A DNA stretch of 43,968 bases from a virus (lineage: Duplodnaviria > Heunggongvirae > Uroviricota > Caudoviricetes): IMG/VR virus record IMGVR_UViG_3300045988_181214. One strand, 5' to 3'. Of this stretch, positions 36,065 to 43,968 are shown in pieces. Position numbers and translations under genes: made by a program. Every line of letters begins with the position of its first letter. The stretch's first letter is position 1. The notes beneath the pieces are model-generated. The model saw only the letters and a list, made by a program, of their open reading frames with translations. It was not told the origin of the DNA and did no database searches.

Positions 36065-37090
36065 TTATGCAAACTGATTTAAAACATCCAACACTTGATC
36101 TGAGCAGAAATCCTCGACCTTGGTGTCATCGACAGCAGTGTGCGTGTCGCCACCAGGCTCTCCCTCCAGATCCTTCACTTTATCCTTCAGGTCATCTCTC
36201 TCCTTTTCGAGATTCTTGACCTTAGTCTCTAACTCCTTCTTCTCGTCCTTGACCTTCTGAAGCTCTGTGTCTTTGTCGGTCACGGCCTTGGAGTCGGCAG
36301 CGATCTTATCCTCCAGTTTCTGCATCTGCTCCTGTGAGATTGTGCAGTTCTTTGCGGAATCTTCTGCCTCAATGCCCTCGATATTGAGGACATTGTTGAT
36401 GTGAGTCCATTTTTTGATCATATTAATAATTTTATTTTGTGATTTATCTTTGCCGAATAATCGGTCGATGATGCTTGGCTTTTTATCATACCAGGAGTTA
36501 ACAACCTCTGGGAGAACAGGAAGGTTGTTGTACTTGATGAAGTCTTGCGTCTGCTCGGTGATGTCGGCAGGCTTGCCATCCATGGCTTCATCGACGAGAC
36601 CCAGTTCGATGCACTCATCGACGGTGTGCCACATCGCTTCGGACATCACCTTGACGATGTCCTCGTGCTTCTTGCCCGAGCGATCGCAGTAAACGTTGGC
36701 GATGATGTTGTCGATTTTCTGCTGGTTCTCTTGCTGTTTTTGAAGTTGCTCGATGAGCGAGCCTATCTGCTCCTCGTTGAGCGCAGACCACACAAACTGC
36801 TCGGTAGAGCACTTGTGTACCAGGAGCAAGCTATATTTGCTCATGCGAATCTTGCTGGCACCCATCGCACAGATGGTGGCAGCAGAGGCAGAGAAGCCCG
36901 CCTGGAAGTCAACGGTCACGTCGCCATGGGACTTGAACATCTGACAGATGGCGAGACCTGCGGAGACCTCGCCACCCAAGGAGTCGATGGCAACATCGAC
37001 GTGCTTATCTTTGTTGGCCTTAAGAACATCGCGAACCATGAGCTTGGTCCACGAGCCAATATATCCTGTGATAGAAATTTGGTACTTCAT
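36065..37090 (-). CDS. ClpP-family prohead protease with C-terminal coiled-coil (scaffold-like) domain
   Basis: IDSLGGEVSAGLAI, catalytic Ser in GFSASAA, His in LVHKC, Asp in GLVDEAM align with ClpP; C-terminal ~100 aa is a Lys/Glu/Asp-rich coiled-coil. Confidence 0.8.
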   Translation of the reverse strand: MKYQISITGYIGSWTKLMVRDVLKANKDKHVDVAIDSLGGEVSAGLAICQMFKSHGDVTVDFQAGFSASAATICAMGASKIRMSKYSLLLVHKCSTEQFVWSALNEEQIGSLIEQLQKQQENQQKIDNIIANVYCDRSGKKHEDIVKVMSEAMWHTVDECIELGLVDEAMDGKPADITEQTQDFIKYNNLPVLPEVVNSWYDKKPSIIDRLFGKDKSQNKIINMIKKWTHINNVLNIEGIEAEDSAKNCTISQEQMQKLEDKIAADSKAVTDKDTELQKVKDEKKELETKVKNLEKERDDLKDKVKDLEGEPGGDTHTAVDDTKVEDFCSDQVLDVLNQFA

Positions 37091-37122
37091 ATATCTTTGC
37101 GATTTTTACGGCGCAAAGATAT
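37091..37122. promoter_or_regulatory. Perfect 11-bp inverted repeat spanning the protease promoter (operator candidate)
   Basis: ATATCTTTGCG (37091-37101) / CGCAAAGATAT (37112-37122) with 10-nt spacer; contains the minus-strand -7 motif TATCTTTGCG and abuts the start codon at 37088-37090. Confidence 0.45.
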
Positions 37123-37150
37123 ATAATAATGTATAAGGATAAAAAAACTT

Positions 37151-37570
37151 TTATTGGATGATTTGGAGCGGTTTTATCACGTCAGACCATGTCACGGTAT
37201 AAGTGATGAGCGATGAGTCTGTGTGTGAGCTTGGCATATTTTCGGTGCGAGTGAGCACCGGGAAGGGACGCTGGTCTCTGCCCAGAAGATAGGCGCACCC
37301 ATCGGCGGTAGTCACCTTGTAGGCGAGCGGGTGAACCTCTGAGTCTATCTGCTCGCTCGACTTGAAGGTGAGCTTTGAAGTGAAAATGCGAACCTTGGAC
37401 TCAATTTTGTCGGTGATTTCACAACTCGACGGCATTTTGCACTTTATCTGCTGGAAGACTGCACTTGCAGGAATGATGCAAAGATTTTTGGCTGGGAAGA
37501 TGATAGCCTTGAGGTCATCGGCTCTCACGACCTCAATCTTGATGATGTTTTTGATGTATGACATAAGCAT
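37151..37570 (-). CDS. Hypothetical phage protein
   Basis: 139-aa ORF, ATG start. Confidence 0.45.
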   Translation of the reverse strand: MLMSYIKNIIKIEVVRADDLKAIIFPAKNLCIIPASAVFQQIKCKMPSSCEITDKIESKVRIFTSKLTFKSSEQIDSEVHPLAYKVTTADGCAYLLGRDQRPFPVLTRTENMPSSHTDSSLITYTVTWSDVIKPLQIIQ

Positions 37571-37649
37571 GAAAATTTATCTTTTTGTTTGGAATCGACG
37601 GATATTTCGGTTTTGTTCGGAGTTGTTTGCAGAGACGGAAAAATTTGTA

Positions 37650-38234
37650 TTAATCTTTGCTAAATCTTGTTGTAGATGTTAAATTTACGCCTCTTTTTGC
37701 GTGTTGATCACGCATTCTGTAGAAACATTGGCGTACGGTATCCTCGTAATCGATGCCAATGCCATGCTGTTCGCACCATGCCGAAATGAGCGATGAAAGC
37801 TTGCATGAGCGGTCGGCGATGTCTTTGAGCGAAGCCCAGAGATCCATCTTGAAGAGGTCGGAAATCATCTCTTTGACGGCACGTCTGGCACGTGGCCCGA
37901 GGTAGTTGTACTCTCGCACAGGCTTAGCCTTGGAGTCAGGCAGCTCGATGGCAAGATACTCTTCGGGATGGGTGAGCCATCGGCTCTGCTCGAACTCCTC
38001 GTCGTGGAAGGTATGCTTGACACTTTGGTGCAGTTGGCTGGCATCAGCCTGCTGCATCTCTTGGATGTTCTCTTGGTCGATAGGCGATAGGTTGACAACG
38101 GGAGGTCTGCTGGTGAACTTGCGGAGCACAGCCACCTCGTTGCCGATGGCAGGGAAGACCACTGGGTTGCCATAAGCTCGGTAAGCCCATTGTCTGATGT
38201 GGGTAGGAACTTTGATGTAAACAATTGGATTCAT
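37650..38234 (-). CDS. Hypothetical phage protein
   Basis: 194 aa from ATG 38234 (track starts at TTG 38246); promoter motif 21 nt upstream. Confidence 0.5.
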   Translation of the reverse strand: MNPIVYIKVPTHIRQWAYRAYGNPVVFPAIGNEVAVLRKFTSRPPVVNLSPIDQENIQEMQQADASQLHQSVKHTFHDEEFEQSRWLTHPEEYLAIELPDSKAKPVREYNYLGPRARRAVKEMISDLFKMDLWASLKDIADRSCKLSSLISAWCEQHGIGIDYEDTVRQCFYRMRDQHAKRGVNLTSTTRFSKD

Positions 38235-38254
38235 ATAGCTATGCAATTTTCGTG

Positions 38255-38262
38255 CAAAGATA
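38255..38262 (-). promoter_or_regulatory. -7 promoter element (TAtcTTTG)
   Basis: Minus-strand GTATCTTTGCACG upstream of ATG 38234. Confidence 0.45.
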
Positions 38263-38378
38263 CAAAGAAAATTTGAAATAACTAACGATAATCGGTAAAA
38301 ACTAACTTTTATCAGTAAATTTGGTGTGATATAATTTCGTCCGAAAAGTTTGTATTTTTGTATCGTACAAACAAGGCT

Positions 38379-38638
38379 CTGTAACTAGCTGATAATCAAT
38401 ACTATTTTTGTGATACAATTTTCTGATACAGAAATTGTAACTCTTTAGCTTTTGTAACTTGGGGTTTTGTCGAGGTCGAAGACCTGTAGGAGAAGGGGCT
38501 TGTTACAAACTTGAAAAACTTTGTAACCGAGTTGTAACGCAACTTTGTAAACATCGGCATGGCGGCTTAACTCACTCTTTTTTAGTTATTTACCTCTTTT
38601 GCTAACATTATGTTACAGAGTTACAAAGGATTTGTATA
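38379..38638. repeat. Iteron cluster (TTGTAAC repeats, both orientations): putative replication origin
   Basis: At least 8 copies of (T)TTGTAAC or its complement GTTACA(A) in an AT-rich ~260-bp stretch downstream of the primase-helicase gene. Confidence 0.45.
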
Positions 38639-38770
38639 AAATAAAAGAAAGGGGTGTGGGGAAAACGATGGCACGGGGCGTGAAGGAGGTTAGAAAAGGC
38701 CCATCGAGACACCCAGGACACCCCCATTGGCCAATGGAGGGGTAGCGAGACGAAACATCGCCCATGGCAA

Positions 38771-38807
38771 CGAAAAAAGGGAGCGACGGCCAATGCGCAT
38801 CGCTCCC
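38771..38807 (-). terminator. Hairpin plus U-tract downstream of the primase gene
   Basis: 8-bp stem GGGAGCGA / TCGCTCCC with 14-nt loop, followed on the minus strand by TTTTTTCG; the nearby perfect palindrome CCATTGGCCAATGG (38724-38737) is part of the same GC-rich block. Confidence 0.4.
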
Positions 38808-38939
38808 TCGTAACATGGGAAAAGAATTATAAATCAGCAAAAATCTGCCTATGAAATCAGCCCTCGTCTGCTTGCAAAAATAGTGAAAAATTGCTTGAAA
38901 ATTTAGCCGAAAATATTTGCATAATTCAGATATTTTTTG

Positions 38940-38947
38940 TACCTTTG
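38940..38947 (+). promoter_or_regulatory. Plus-strand -7 promoter element (TAccTTTG), antisense to the primase 3' end
   Basis: gTACCTTTGCAC, third copy of the 12-mer; no credible plus-strand ORF downstream. Confidence 0.25.
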
Positions 38948-38988
38948 CACTATAACTTGGGGCTATCTATTCTATTATATATGGATGG

Positions 38989-41943
38989 CTAGAAAGGTTT
39001 ATCACTATCTTTATCTACCTTGCTCCAGTCAATGGTAGATTGATATTCACCCCCAGCTGCAGGGACATCAGCCTTGGCAGCTTGTTTATCCTCTTTTTTA
39101 TCATCACTCTTCTTGCTTCGGAGATAGATCATCTCGACAGGGCTGCCGTCTGGGTTAGCTGGATCGCGTCTGATGATGCGGTGCTGGCTGTTGCAGAGAT
39201 CAGCTGGGTTCAGCTCTTGGATGTATGGACACAGCTCGACGAAGGCTCTGAGCTTTTTGGTGAAGCTCTGTGTGGTCGCCTTGTTGATGCCTGAGAACTG
39301 CTTGAAGTCATTGAACGCACGCTCTCTCACGATAAATGTATCGAGTCGCTCGCTCTCTTCTGAGAAGTAGGATGCAGCCCAGTCTTCGAAGTTGACACCC
39401 ATGTCGGCCTTGAACTTGCGCTTGATGATGTTATCCATCGGTGGCATGATCTTGATAGGTTCGCCAGCCAAGGAGAGATAGAAACGACAGCACTGCAGGA
39501 AAAAGTTGATGTCAGCATTCCACTCATCCTCAGTGTATGTCTTTGAGAAGAGATCTTCGTCGAAGTCATCACGGATGCTTCGGGTCTCTTGGTAATCATT
39601 CTCCTCTGTGCGCTGATGGTAATAGTCGGAGAACACCATATAGAGCAGTCTCGCCTCTGAGGAAGGGTCGAAGTCTGCCGGCACGTAGTTGGTGGTGAAG
39701 GCAATCTTCGGGCTATCCTCGAAAGGAATTGTGAAGCTCTGGTTGTTCTTTGGGTTGACTGTCATATCTGAAGTAATGTTATCGTAAAATAAACCTGTGT
39801 TGAGATAGCGGTCACAGTCATCGAGGAGCAGCATCTGGGTGTGCTGTGTCACCTGATCGAAGACGTGTGGGTTGTCCATCAGCTTAGGGTTGCGTCCGGA
39901 AAGCTTGACTGTTTTCATCAGCAGTGAAAGCGTCTTGAAGAAGAAACTCTTACCGGAACGGCCGTTGCACTCGTTGTTTTCACCAATCTTGTTGTCCATC
40001 GCCATCGGAGCCCAAGCCCTGGATGGTGCCTTGTAATGATGGAGCATGTAGCCGAAGGTGAAAATCTTGTTTATCAAGTTCTGCTTTTGCTCTTGTATCT
40101 CGTTGTCGGCAAGCCCTTCGCCAGCGATGTCGAAGAGGTGTGCCTTGTGGTATGCCTCTTTCTCCTCGATGCTCTTGTCCTCAAAAGCATACTCTAGCTC
40201 TTTGCGCCAGTAGGTGCGAGAGGCGTTGATGAGATAGCCGAAGAAGTGGGACTTCACGTTCTTGACCTCGATGTCGAACTTCGGCCTGCCATCCTCGTCG
40301 ATGGTTCGTGTGATGGAGAACATGTCATCCAACTTCTTGAAGTTGTGGTTGATGACATTCTCTTGCCAAACATAGTTTTTGAGCGAGCTGCCCTCACGCT
40401 GGTACTCGTTTAGTCCATCTTTGGTGACCTCGACGCTGACACGAGGGAAGAAGAACAACTGCGAGTGGTTGGTGTAGCTGGTGAAGTCTAGCGTAATCTC
40501 TTGGAGCGAGTCGAGCGCCGATGCCGACAGCTTTGGCGTGTTGAGCACCAAGTTAAGGATGTCACGCTTCTCAGCTCTCTCGATGACCCATTGGCGGCAG
40601 AACTCACGGATGTCTCTCGTGGTGATGAGCTTGACGATGTTGCCCGTGATGCGAACATATTTGGTGATGGTCGAGTTGTCATCGTGCAAGGTATAGAAAC
40701 CATTGAGACGAAGAAAATTGTAGAGGCACGCCGTGTCGATGTAGTGGTCCCAGGTGTTAGCCTTTTTGTTGAGCTTGCTCACCCAAAATCGGGCTGGCAT
40801 CGCCAGTGTCATGAGGTTGCGGAAGTCTTTGCGAGTATTGCGCAGCTCCATCCAGTCTCGCAGGTCTTTGCGCCCCTTGCCACGGTTGTCGTGGTAGGTG
40901 CGAAGCCAAGAAGGCAACCATATCGTATGGATGTCGATGAAGCGCAGGGCAAGCTCTGTGCCCTTGGCGATGCCCGTCTCGTCGATGTCGGGTATATTGT
41001 AGAGCACCTCGACATACTTCATAATCTCTCGGTACTCCTCGTCGCTGAGCTTGTAGGTCTCGGAGTTGAACCATAACGGGTTGTAGCCCATGGAACGGCA
41101 GCAGAGACTGTCACGCTCGCCACTGCAGATGAAAGCCTCGGGAAGTTTCTTCTCCTTGTAAGGCTTGGACTCGTCTGTGTTGGTCTTGTTGTACTCAGCC
41201 TCTTCACGGCGGTTGAACTCGTGATAGGCAGCCTTCAGCTCAGCTAGGCCATTGATGTATTGCTTAGGCTTGATGCCGTCTGGGGTGTAAGAGAATCGCC
41301 ACTGCTTTTGGTAGTTGAGAGGCTCATATATCTTGTAGAACTTAACCTCAGGCTTGTCGCCTTCAGCTGGGCGAACCAAGCACTCACGCATAAAGATAGG
41401 GTAGTGCTCGTTGCTGTGCTTAATCTTGACCTTGCGGTCTTTGACGTATCCTATCCACTTGGCGGAATGCCAGTTGAGTGCATCGACGTGCTCTTGCTTG
41501 ACGTTTGGACCCAGTACCTTCAGTTCATCCTCGGTGAACTTCTCGTTCAGCTCGAAAGGTCTGGTACCATCTTTCTCGTTGATGGTGGCATCACGCTCTG
41601 TGAATGTAGGCTTGTTGACCTCTTTTTTGAGTTCATCGCTAACGTTGTATTCGGAAGCCAGTCTCAGGATGGCATCAGGAAAGCGGTCGATGCACTTCTC
41701 TCTCATGTAGAGGTCGATAGGTGACTCGGCAGAGCCGTCGCCGCCGAAGTCAGTCACTCGCCAGCAGTCTTTGAACTTTTTGAGACTGCAGGAAGGTGTT
41801 TTCTCATTGCGGATGGCAAAGTGCTTTTTAGGCGTGCCAGTCGTGCAATATTTCTGGACGCATTCTTTTGCGTCCGGGTATAGTGAGATGATGATGTCGA
41901 GACCATCATCTGTAGCTTGATAAATTTGTTCTGCTTTGATCAT
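38989..41943 (-). CDS. DNA primase / SF3-type helicase (replication initiator)
   Basis: 984 aa from ATG 41943 (track starts at TTG 41973); C-terminal half has Walker A NGRSGKSFF and Walker B MLLLDDCD; Cys-rich N-terminal region. Confidence 0.7.
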   Translation of the reverse strand: MIKAEQIYQATDDGLDIIISLYPDAKECVQKYCTTGTPKKHFAIRNEKTPSCSLKKFKDCWRVTDFGGDGSAESPIDLYMREKCIDRFPDAILRLASEYNVSDELKKEVNKPTFTERDATINEKDGTRPFELNEKFTEDELKVLGPNVKQEHVDALNWHSAKWIGYVKDRKVKIKHSNEHYPIFMRECLVRPAEGDKPEVKFYKIYEPLNYQKQWRFSYTPDGIKPKQYINGLAELKAAYHEFNRREEAEYNKTNTDESKPYKEKKLPEAFICSGERDSLCCRSMGYNPLWFNSETYKLSDEEYREIMKYVEVLYNIPDIDETGIAKGTELALRFIDIHTIWLPSWLRTYHDNRGKGRKDLRDWMELRNTRKDFRNLMTLAMPARFWVSKLNKKANTWDHYIDTACLYNFLRLNGFYTLHDDNSTITKYVRITGNIVKLITTRDIREFCRQWVIERAEKRDILNLVLNTPKLSASALDSLQEITLDFTSYTNHSQLFFFPRVSVEVTKDGLNEYQREGSSLKNYVWQENVINHNFKKLDDMFSITRTIDEDGRPKFDIEVKNVKSHFFGYLINASRTYWRKELEYAFEDKSIEEKEAYHKAHLFDIAGEGLADNEIQEQKQNLINKIFTFGYMLHHYKAPSRAWAPMAMDNKIGENNECNGRSGKSFFFKTLSLLMKTVKLSGRNPKLMDNPHVFDQVTQHTQMLLLDDCDRYLNTGLFYDNITSDMTVNPKNNQSFTIPFEDSPKIAFTTNYVPADFDPSSEARLLYMVFSDYYHQRTEENDYQETRSIRDDFDEDLFSKTYTEDEWNADINFFLQCCRFYLSLAGEPIKIMPPMDNIIKRKFKADMGVNFEDWAASYFSEESERLDTFIVRERAFNDFKQFSGINKATTQSFTKKLRAFVELCPYIQELNPADLCNSQHRIIRRDPANPDGSPVEMIYLRSKKSDDKKEDKQAAKADVPAAGGEYQSTIDWSKVDKDSDKPF

Positions 41944-41970
41944 AATTCTTTTCCATTGTAAATTTTCTTG

Positions 41971-41978
41971 CAAAATTA
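41971..41978 (-). promoter_or_regulatory. -7 promoter element (TAatTTTG) for the primase
   Basis: Minus-strand AATAATTTTGCAAG 28 nt upstream of ATG 41943. Confidence 0.4.
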
Positions 41979-42111
41979 TTGCAAAGCGAGTTCAAAACAA
42001 AATACTTATTTTTTGTCGCATAGAGCCTTTGGCTCATACTCGACGTATCTGTGGAGAGGGTGGCAGTATCTGCCATTGATGCAGTTGCTGCCATCCTCGC
42101 ACTTTTGGCAT

Positions 42112-42423
42112 TTAATCGGTGGCATCGACTTTTATATCAAAAGTGTCGTTGTGTAGCAACATCTTGGTATGAACATAAATTGGTTTTTGTTCATCCTCAT
42201 CCCATCCAACCTCTCGGAAGTCTCTGCCATCGATATAGCATTCGGTGGCGTATCCTTTGTCGGTCCACTCTACGATATGGTCTTTGTCGAACTCGTCTCT
42301 TGCTGGCACTGTAGCCAGAACACGAGTGCCAAACTTGCTGTAGCTAATCTCGTGTATAGTGACGTTAGGGTATTTCTCGATGATTGCCTCCTCGATAGAT
42401 TTTGTCTTAGTCTTCTTTTTCAT
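42112..42423 (-). CDS. Hypothetical early protein
   Basis: 103-aa ORF, ATG start. Confidence 0.45.
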   Translation of the reverse strand: MKKKTKTKSIEEAIIEKYPNVTIHEISYSKFGTRVLATVPARDEFDKDHIVEWTDKGYATECYIDGRDFREVGWDEDEQKPIYVHTKMLLHNDTFDIKVDATD

Positions 42424-42613
42424 TGTTCTTCATTCTGAATTTAACAATACCTGCCACGATGCCGTCTTCTTGGTCATCGTAGAACATATTTAAATCTGTT
42501 GTGCCCTTATGGAGTGTACCATAGGACACGTCAACGGCAACGCTGGCATCCTCGAAATCTTTGAGGATGGCTTGAAGCTGTTTGCTGTTGCATCTGACTG
42601 TCATTTTTCCCAT
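42407..42613 (-). CDS. Hypothetical early protein
   Basis: 68-aa ORF, ATG start, overlaps neighbours. Confidence 0.4.
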   Translation of the reverse strand: MGKMTVRCNSKQLQAILKDFEDASVAVDVSYGTLHKGTTDLNMFYDDQEDGIVAGIVKFRMKNNEKED

Positions 42614-42819
42614 GATCCATCATTGATAATTTGCTCGATGACCTCTCTGTCGATGGCACGCCAAGTATTGGTGCGCATCTTATTGTAGATGGTGTTCTGG
42701 CTCATCTCTAGCTTTAGCTGCAGTGTGGCCATGAACTTGCTTCTCTTTTTGCGTGGTATCTCATTATACCATGCGAGGATGATATTTTCATCATCATTTT
42801 TTTTGTTTTTTTCTTGCAT
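42601..42819 (-). CDS. Small DNA-binding protein (Cro/excisionase-like), first gene of the leftward early operon
   Basis: 72 aa; HTH-like ATLQLKLEMSQNTIYNKMRTNTW; transcribed divergently from the repressor. Confidence 0.5.
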   Translation of the reverse strand: MQEKNKKNDDENIILAWYNEIPRKKRSKFMATLQLKLEMSQNTIYNKMRTNTWRAIDREVIEQIINDGSWEK

Positions 42820-42836
42820 ATTCCAATATTTATTAT

Positions 42837-42855
42837 TAATTTTGTTGCAAAGTTA
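42837..42855. promoter_or_regulatory. Face-to-face divergent promoter elements in a near-palindrome (lysogeny switch region)
   Basis: TAATTTTG-ttg-CAAAGTTA: plus-strand TAatTTTG (42837-42844) and minus-strand TAacTTTG (complement of 42848-42855). Confidence 0.4.
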
Positions 42856-42940
42856 GTAATAAAAATCGGAAAATACTAACGAAAGTAAGTAAAAACACCT
42901 ATGATAATAGGTTAAATATTATTAATTAAATTAGGTAATT

Positions 42941-43318
42941 ATGTTTAATGGTCAGATAATCAGAAAGTTAATGTCGGATGCTGGCTTAACTAAAAAAGAG
43001 TTTGAAAGACGTATGTTCGGTAGTAAATCGACCGACCTCAACCATTTGGAAAAAGCGAAGAATCTTCGCAGTGACACTCTCGAACGTCTGCGTGAGGTGT
43101 TGAAGTGCTCTATGGATGACTTCTTTACAGCACCCTCATGGGCTGAGAACGGAAAGGGGACAGTCGTAGGCTCTAACAATGTGCTGTCAACAGTAGCCAT
43201 CGGCAACGAAGTGATGGAAGCCCAATATCTCAAGGAGTTGCTCTTGGAGAAGGACAAACGCATCAGCACTTTGGAAAATTATATCAAGCTTCTGGAGACT
43301 AACTTAAATAAGGACTAA
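42941..43318 (+). CDS. XRE-family helix-turn-helix repressor (CI-like)
   Basis: 125 aa; N-terminal HTH IIRKLMSDAGLTKKEFERRMFGSKSTDLNHLE; C-terminal coiled-coil; divergent from the early operon and next to attR. Confidence 0.65.
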   Translation: MFNGQIIRKLMSDAGLTKKEFERRMFGSKSTDLNHLEKAKNLRSDTLERLREVLKCSMDDFFTAPSWAENGKGTVVGSNNVLSTVAIGNEVMEAQYLKELLLEKDKRISTLENYIKLLETNLNKD

Positions 43319-43407
43319 TACGAAACATAATTCGTAAGATGAATCCTTATATATAATAAGGTGTATAAAATATATCGTATAATCTCAGCAGTGATATCCA
43401 ACTCGTT

Positions 43408-43424
43408 AGTCTTGCCGCCGCAAC
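43408..43424 (+). repeat. attR core (direct repeat of the tRNA 3' segment)
   Basis: AGTCTTGCCGCCGCAAC identical to 140-156. Confidence 0.75.
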
Positions 43425-43431
43425 AATGCAA

Positions 43432-43478
43432 ATCGGGTAGAAAGTTGTAATTCAACATTCTATCCGATTCTTTTTTTA
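43432..43478 (+). terminator. Host copy of the tRNA terminator, displaced to attR
   Basis: 11-bp stem ATCGGGTAGAA / TTCTATCCGAT followed by TCTTTTTTTAT. Confidence 0.5.
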
Positions 43479-43531
43479 TCCCTATATTTATAATTTAACA
43501 CTAAATATTTGCATATATCGAATAAAACTAC

Positions 43532-43539
43532 TAATTTTG
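43532..43539 (+). promoter_or_regulatory. -7 promoter element (TAatTTTG) for the TetR gene
   Basis: CTAATTTTGCACAC ~50 nt upstream of ATG 43589. Confidence 0.35.
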
Positions 43540-43588
43540 CACACAGATATTTTTATGTGCAATCATTTTAATTAGGAGGGGCTTCAAT

Positions 43589-43968
43589 ATGTCAATTTCC
43601 AAAACAAGACAAAAGTTAGTAGATGTCGCCCGACAACTGTTTGCAAAGAACGGTATAGCAAATACCACTATGAATGATATTGCTGTAGCTTCTGGTAAGG
43701 GTCGCCGTACGCTCTATACGTATTTTAGCAGAAAAGAAGATGTCTATTATGCTGTGATAGAATCAGAGTTGGATCGTTTGTCTGAGAAACTCGATGAAGT
43801 TGCCTCTTGCAAAATGCGTCCTCAAGATAAAATCATTGAGCTTATTTATACACATCTCAGTATGATTAAGGAAACTGTAGTTCGTAATGGTAATTTGCGA
43901 GCTGAGTTTTTCCGTAATATCTGGATGGTAGAGAAGGCTCGCAAGAATTTTGATGAGGATGAAATTGA
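43589..43968 (+). CDS. TetR/AcrR-family transcriptional regulator (host flank, 3'-truncated by window end)
   Basis: Open frame from ATG to window end; N-terminal TetR HTH signature LFAKNGIANTTMNDIAVASGKGRRTLYTYF; AGGAGG upstream. Confidence 0.7.
   Translation, partial: MSISKTRQKLVDVARQLFAKNGIANTTMNDIAVASGKGRRTLYTYFSRKEDVYYAVIESELDRLSEKLDEVASCKMRPQDKIIELIYTHLSMIKETVVRNGNLRAEFFRNIWMVEKARKNFDEDEI

Larger units (their letters stand above)
140..43424. mobile_element. Integrated temperate phage (prophage), ~43.3 kb, inserted in tRNA-fMet
   Basis: 17-bp direct repeat AGTCTTGCCGCCGCAAC at both ends; integrase next to attL, repressor next to attR; head, packaging, tail and lysis genes between. Confidence 0.85.

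Noticed and set aside
38608-38840. 61-aa and 75-aa minus-strand ORFs in the GC-rich block next to the iterons
   Set aside because: Cys/His/Trp/Pro-rich, non-protein-like translations coinciding with palindromes and hairpins; treated as noncoding.
39040-39370. Plus-strand ORFs downstream of the 38940 promoter-like 12-mer
   Set aside because: Antisense to the primase gene with non-protein-like translations; any transcript here is more likely noncoding.
1-43968. Search for a second variable repeat (additional DGR target)
   Set aside because: The conserved TR segments and the encoded CGLSTL / AVSNA peptide motifs were seen only at the TR and the single VR; an exhaustive computational scan was not possible.

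Overview
The window is essentially one complete ~43.3-kb temperate phage (prophage) integrated into the 3' end of an initiator-type tRNA-Met gene of a Bacteroidota-like host. It is bounded by a 17-bp direct repeat (attL 140-156, attR 43408-43424). A tyrosine integrase (+) sits at the left end and an XRE-type repressor (+) at the right end; every other phage gene is on the minus strand. In transcription order these are: Cro-like/early genes, a primase-helicase, an iteron-rich putative origin, ClpP-type prohead protease-scaffold and putative capsid genes, terminase, a cargo block (RadC-like JAB protein, ComF-like phosphoribosyltransferase, small AT-rich genes), structural and tail-fibre genes, a diversity-generating retroelement (DGR), a holin-amidase lysis cassette, the tape measure protein and a post-TMP tail protein. 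The DGR is the standout: a 122-bp variable repeat at the 3' end of a tail-fibre-like gene, a template repeat differing only at template adenines, and a reverse transcriptase that appears to lack a canonical YxDD motif. The right flank carries the start of a host TetR-family regulator. All calls come from reading the sequence and ORF translations; no database search was run. Coordinates of short motifs may be off by 1-2 nt, and CDS starts were moved to the first plausible ATG where the ORF track began at GTG/TTG.
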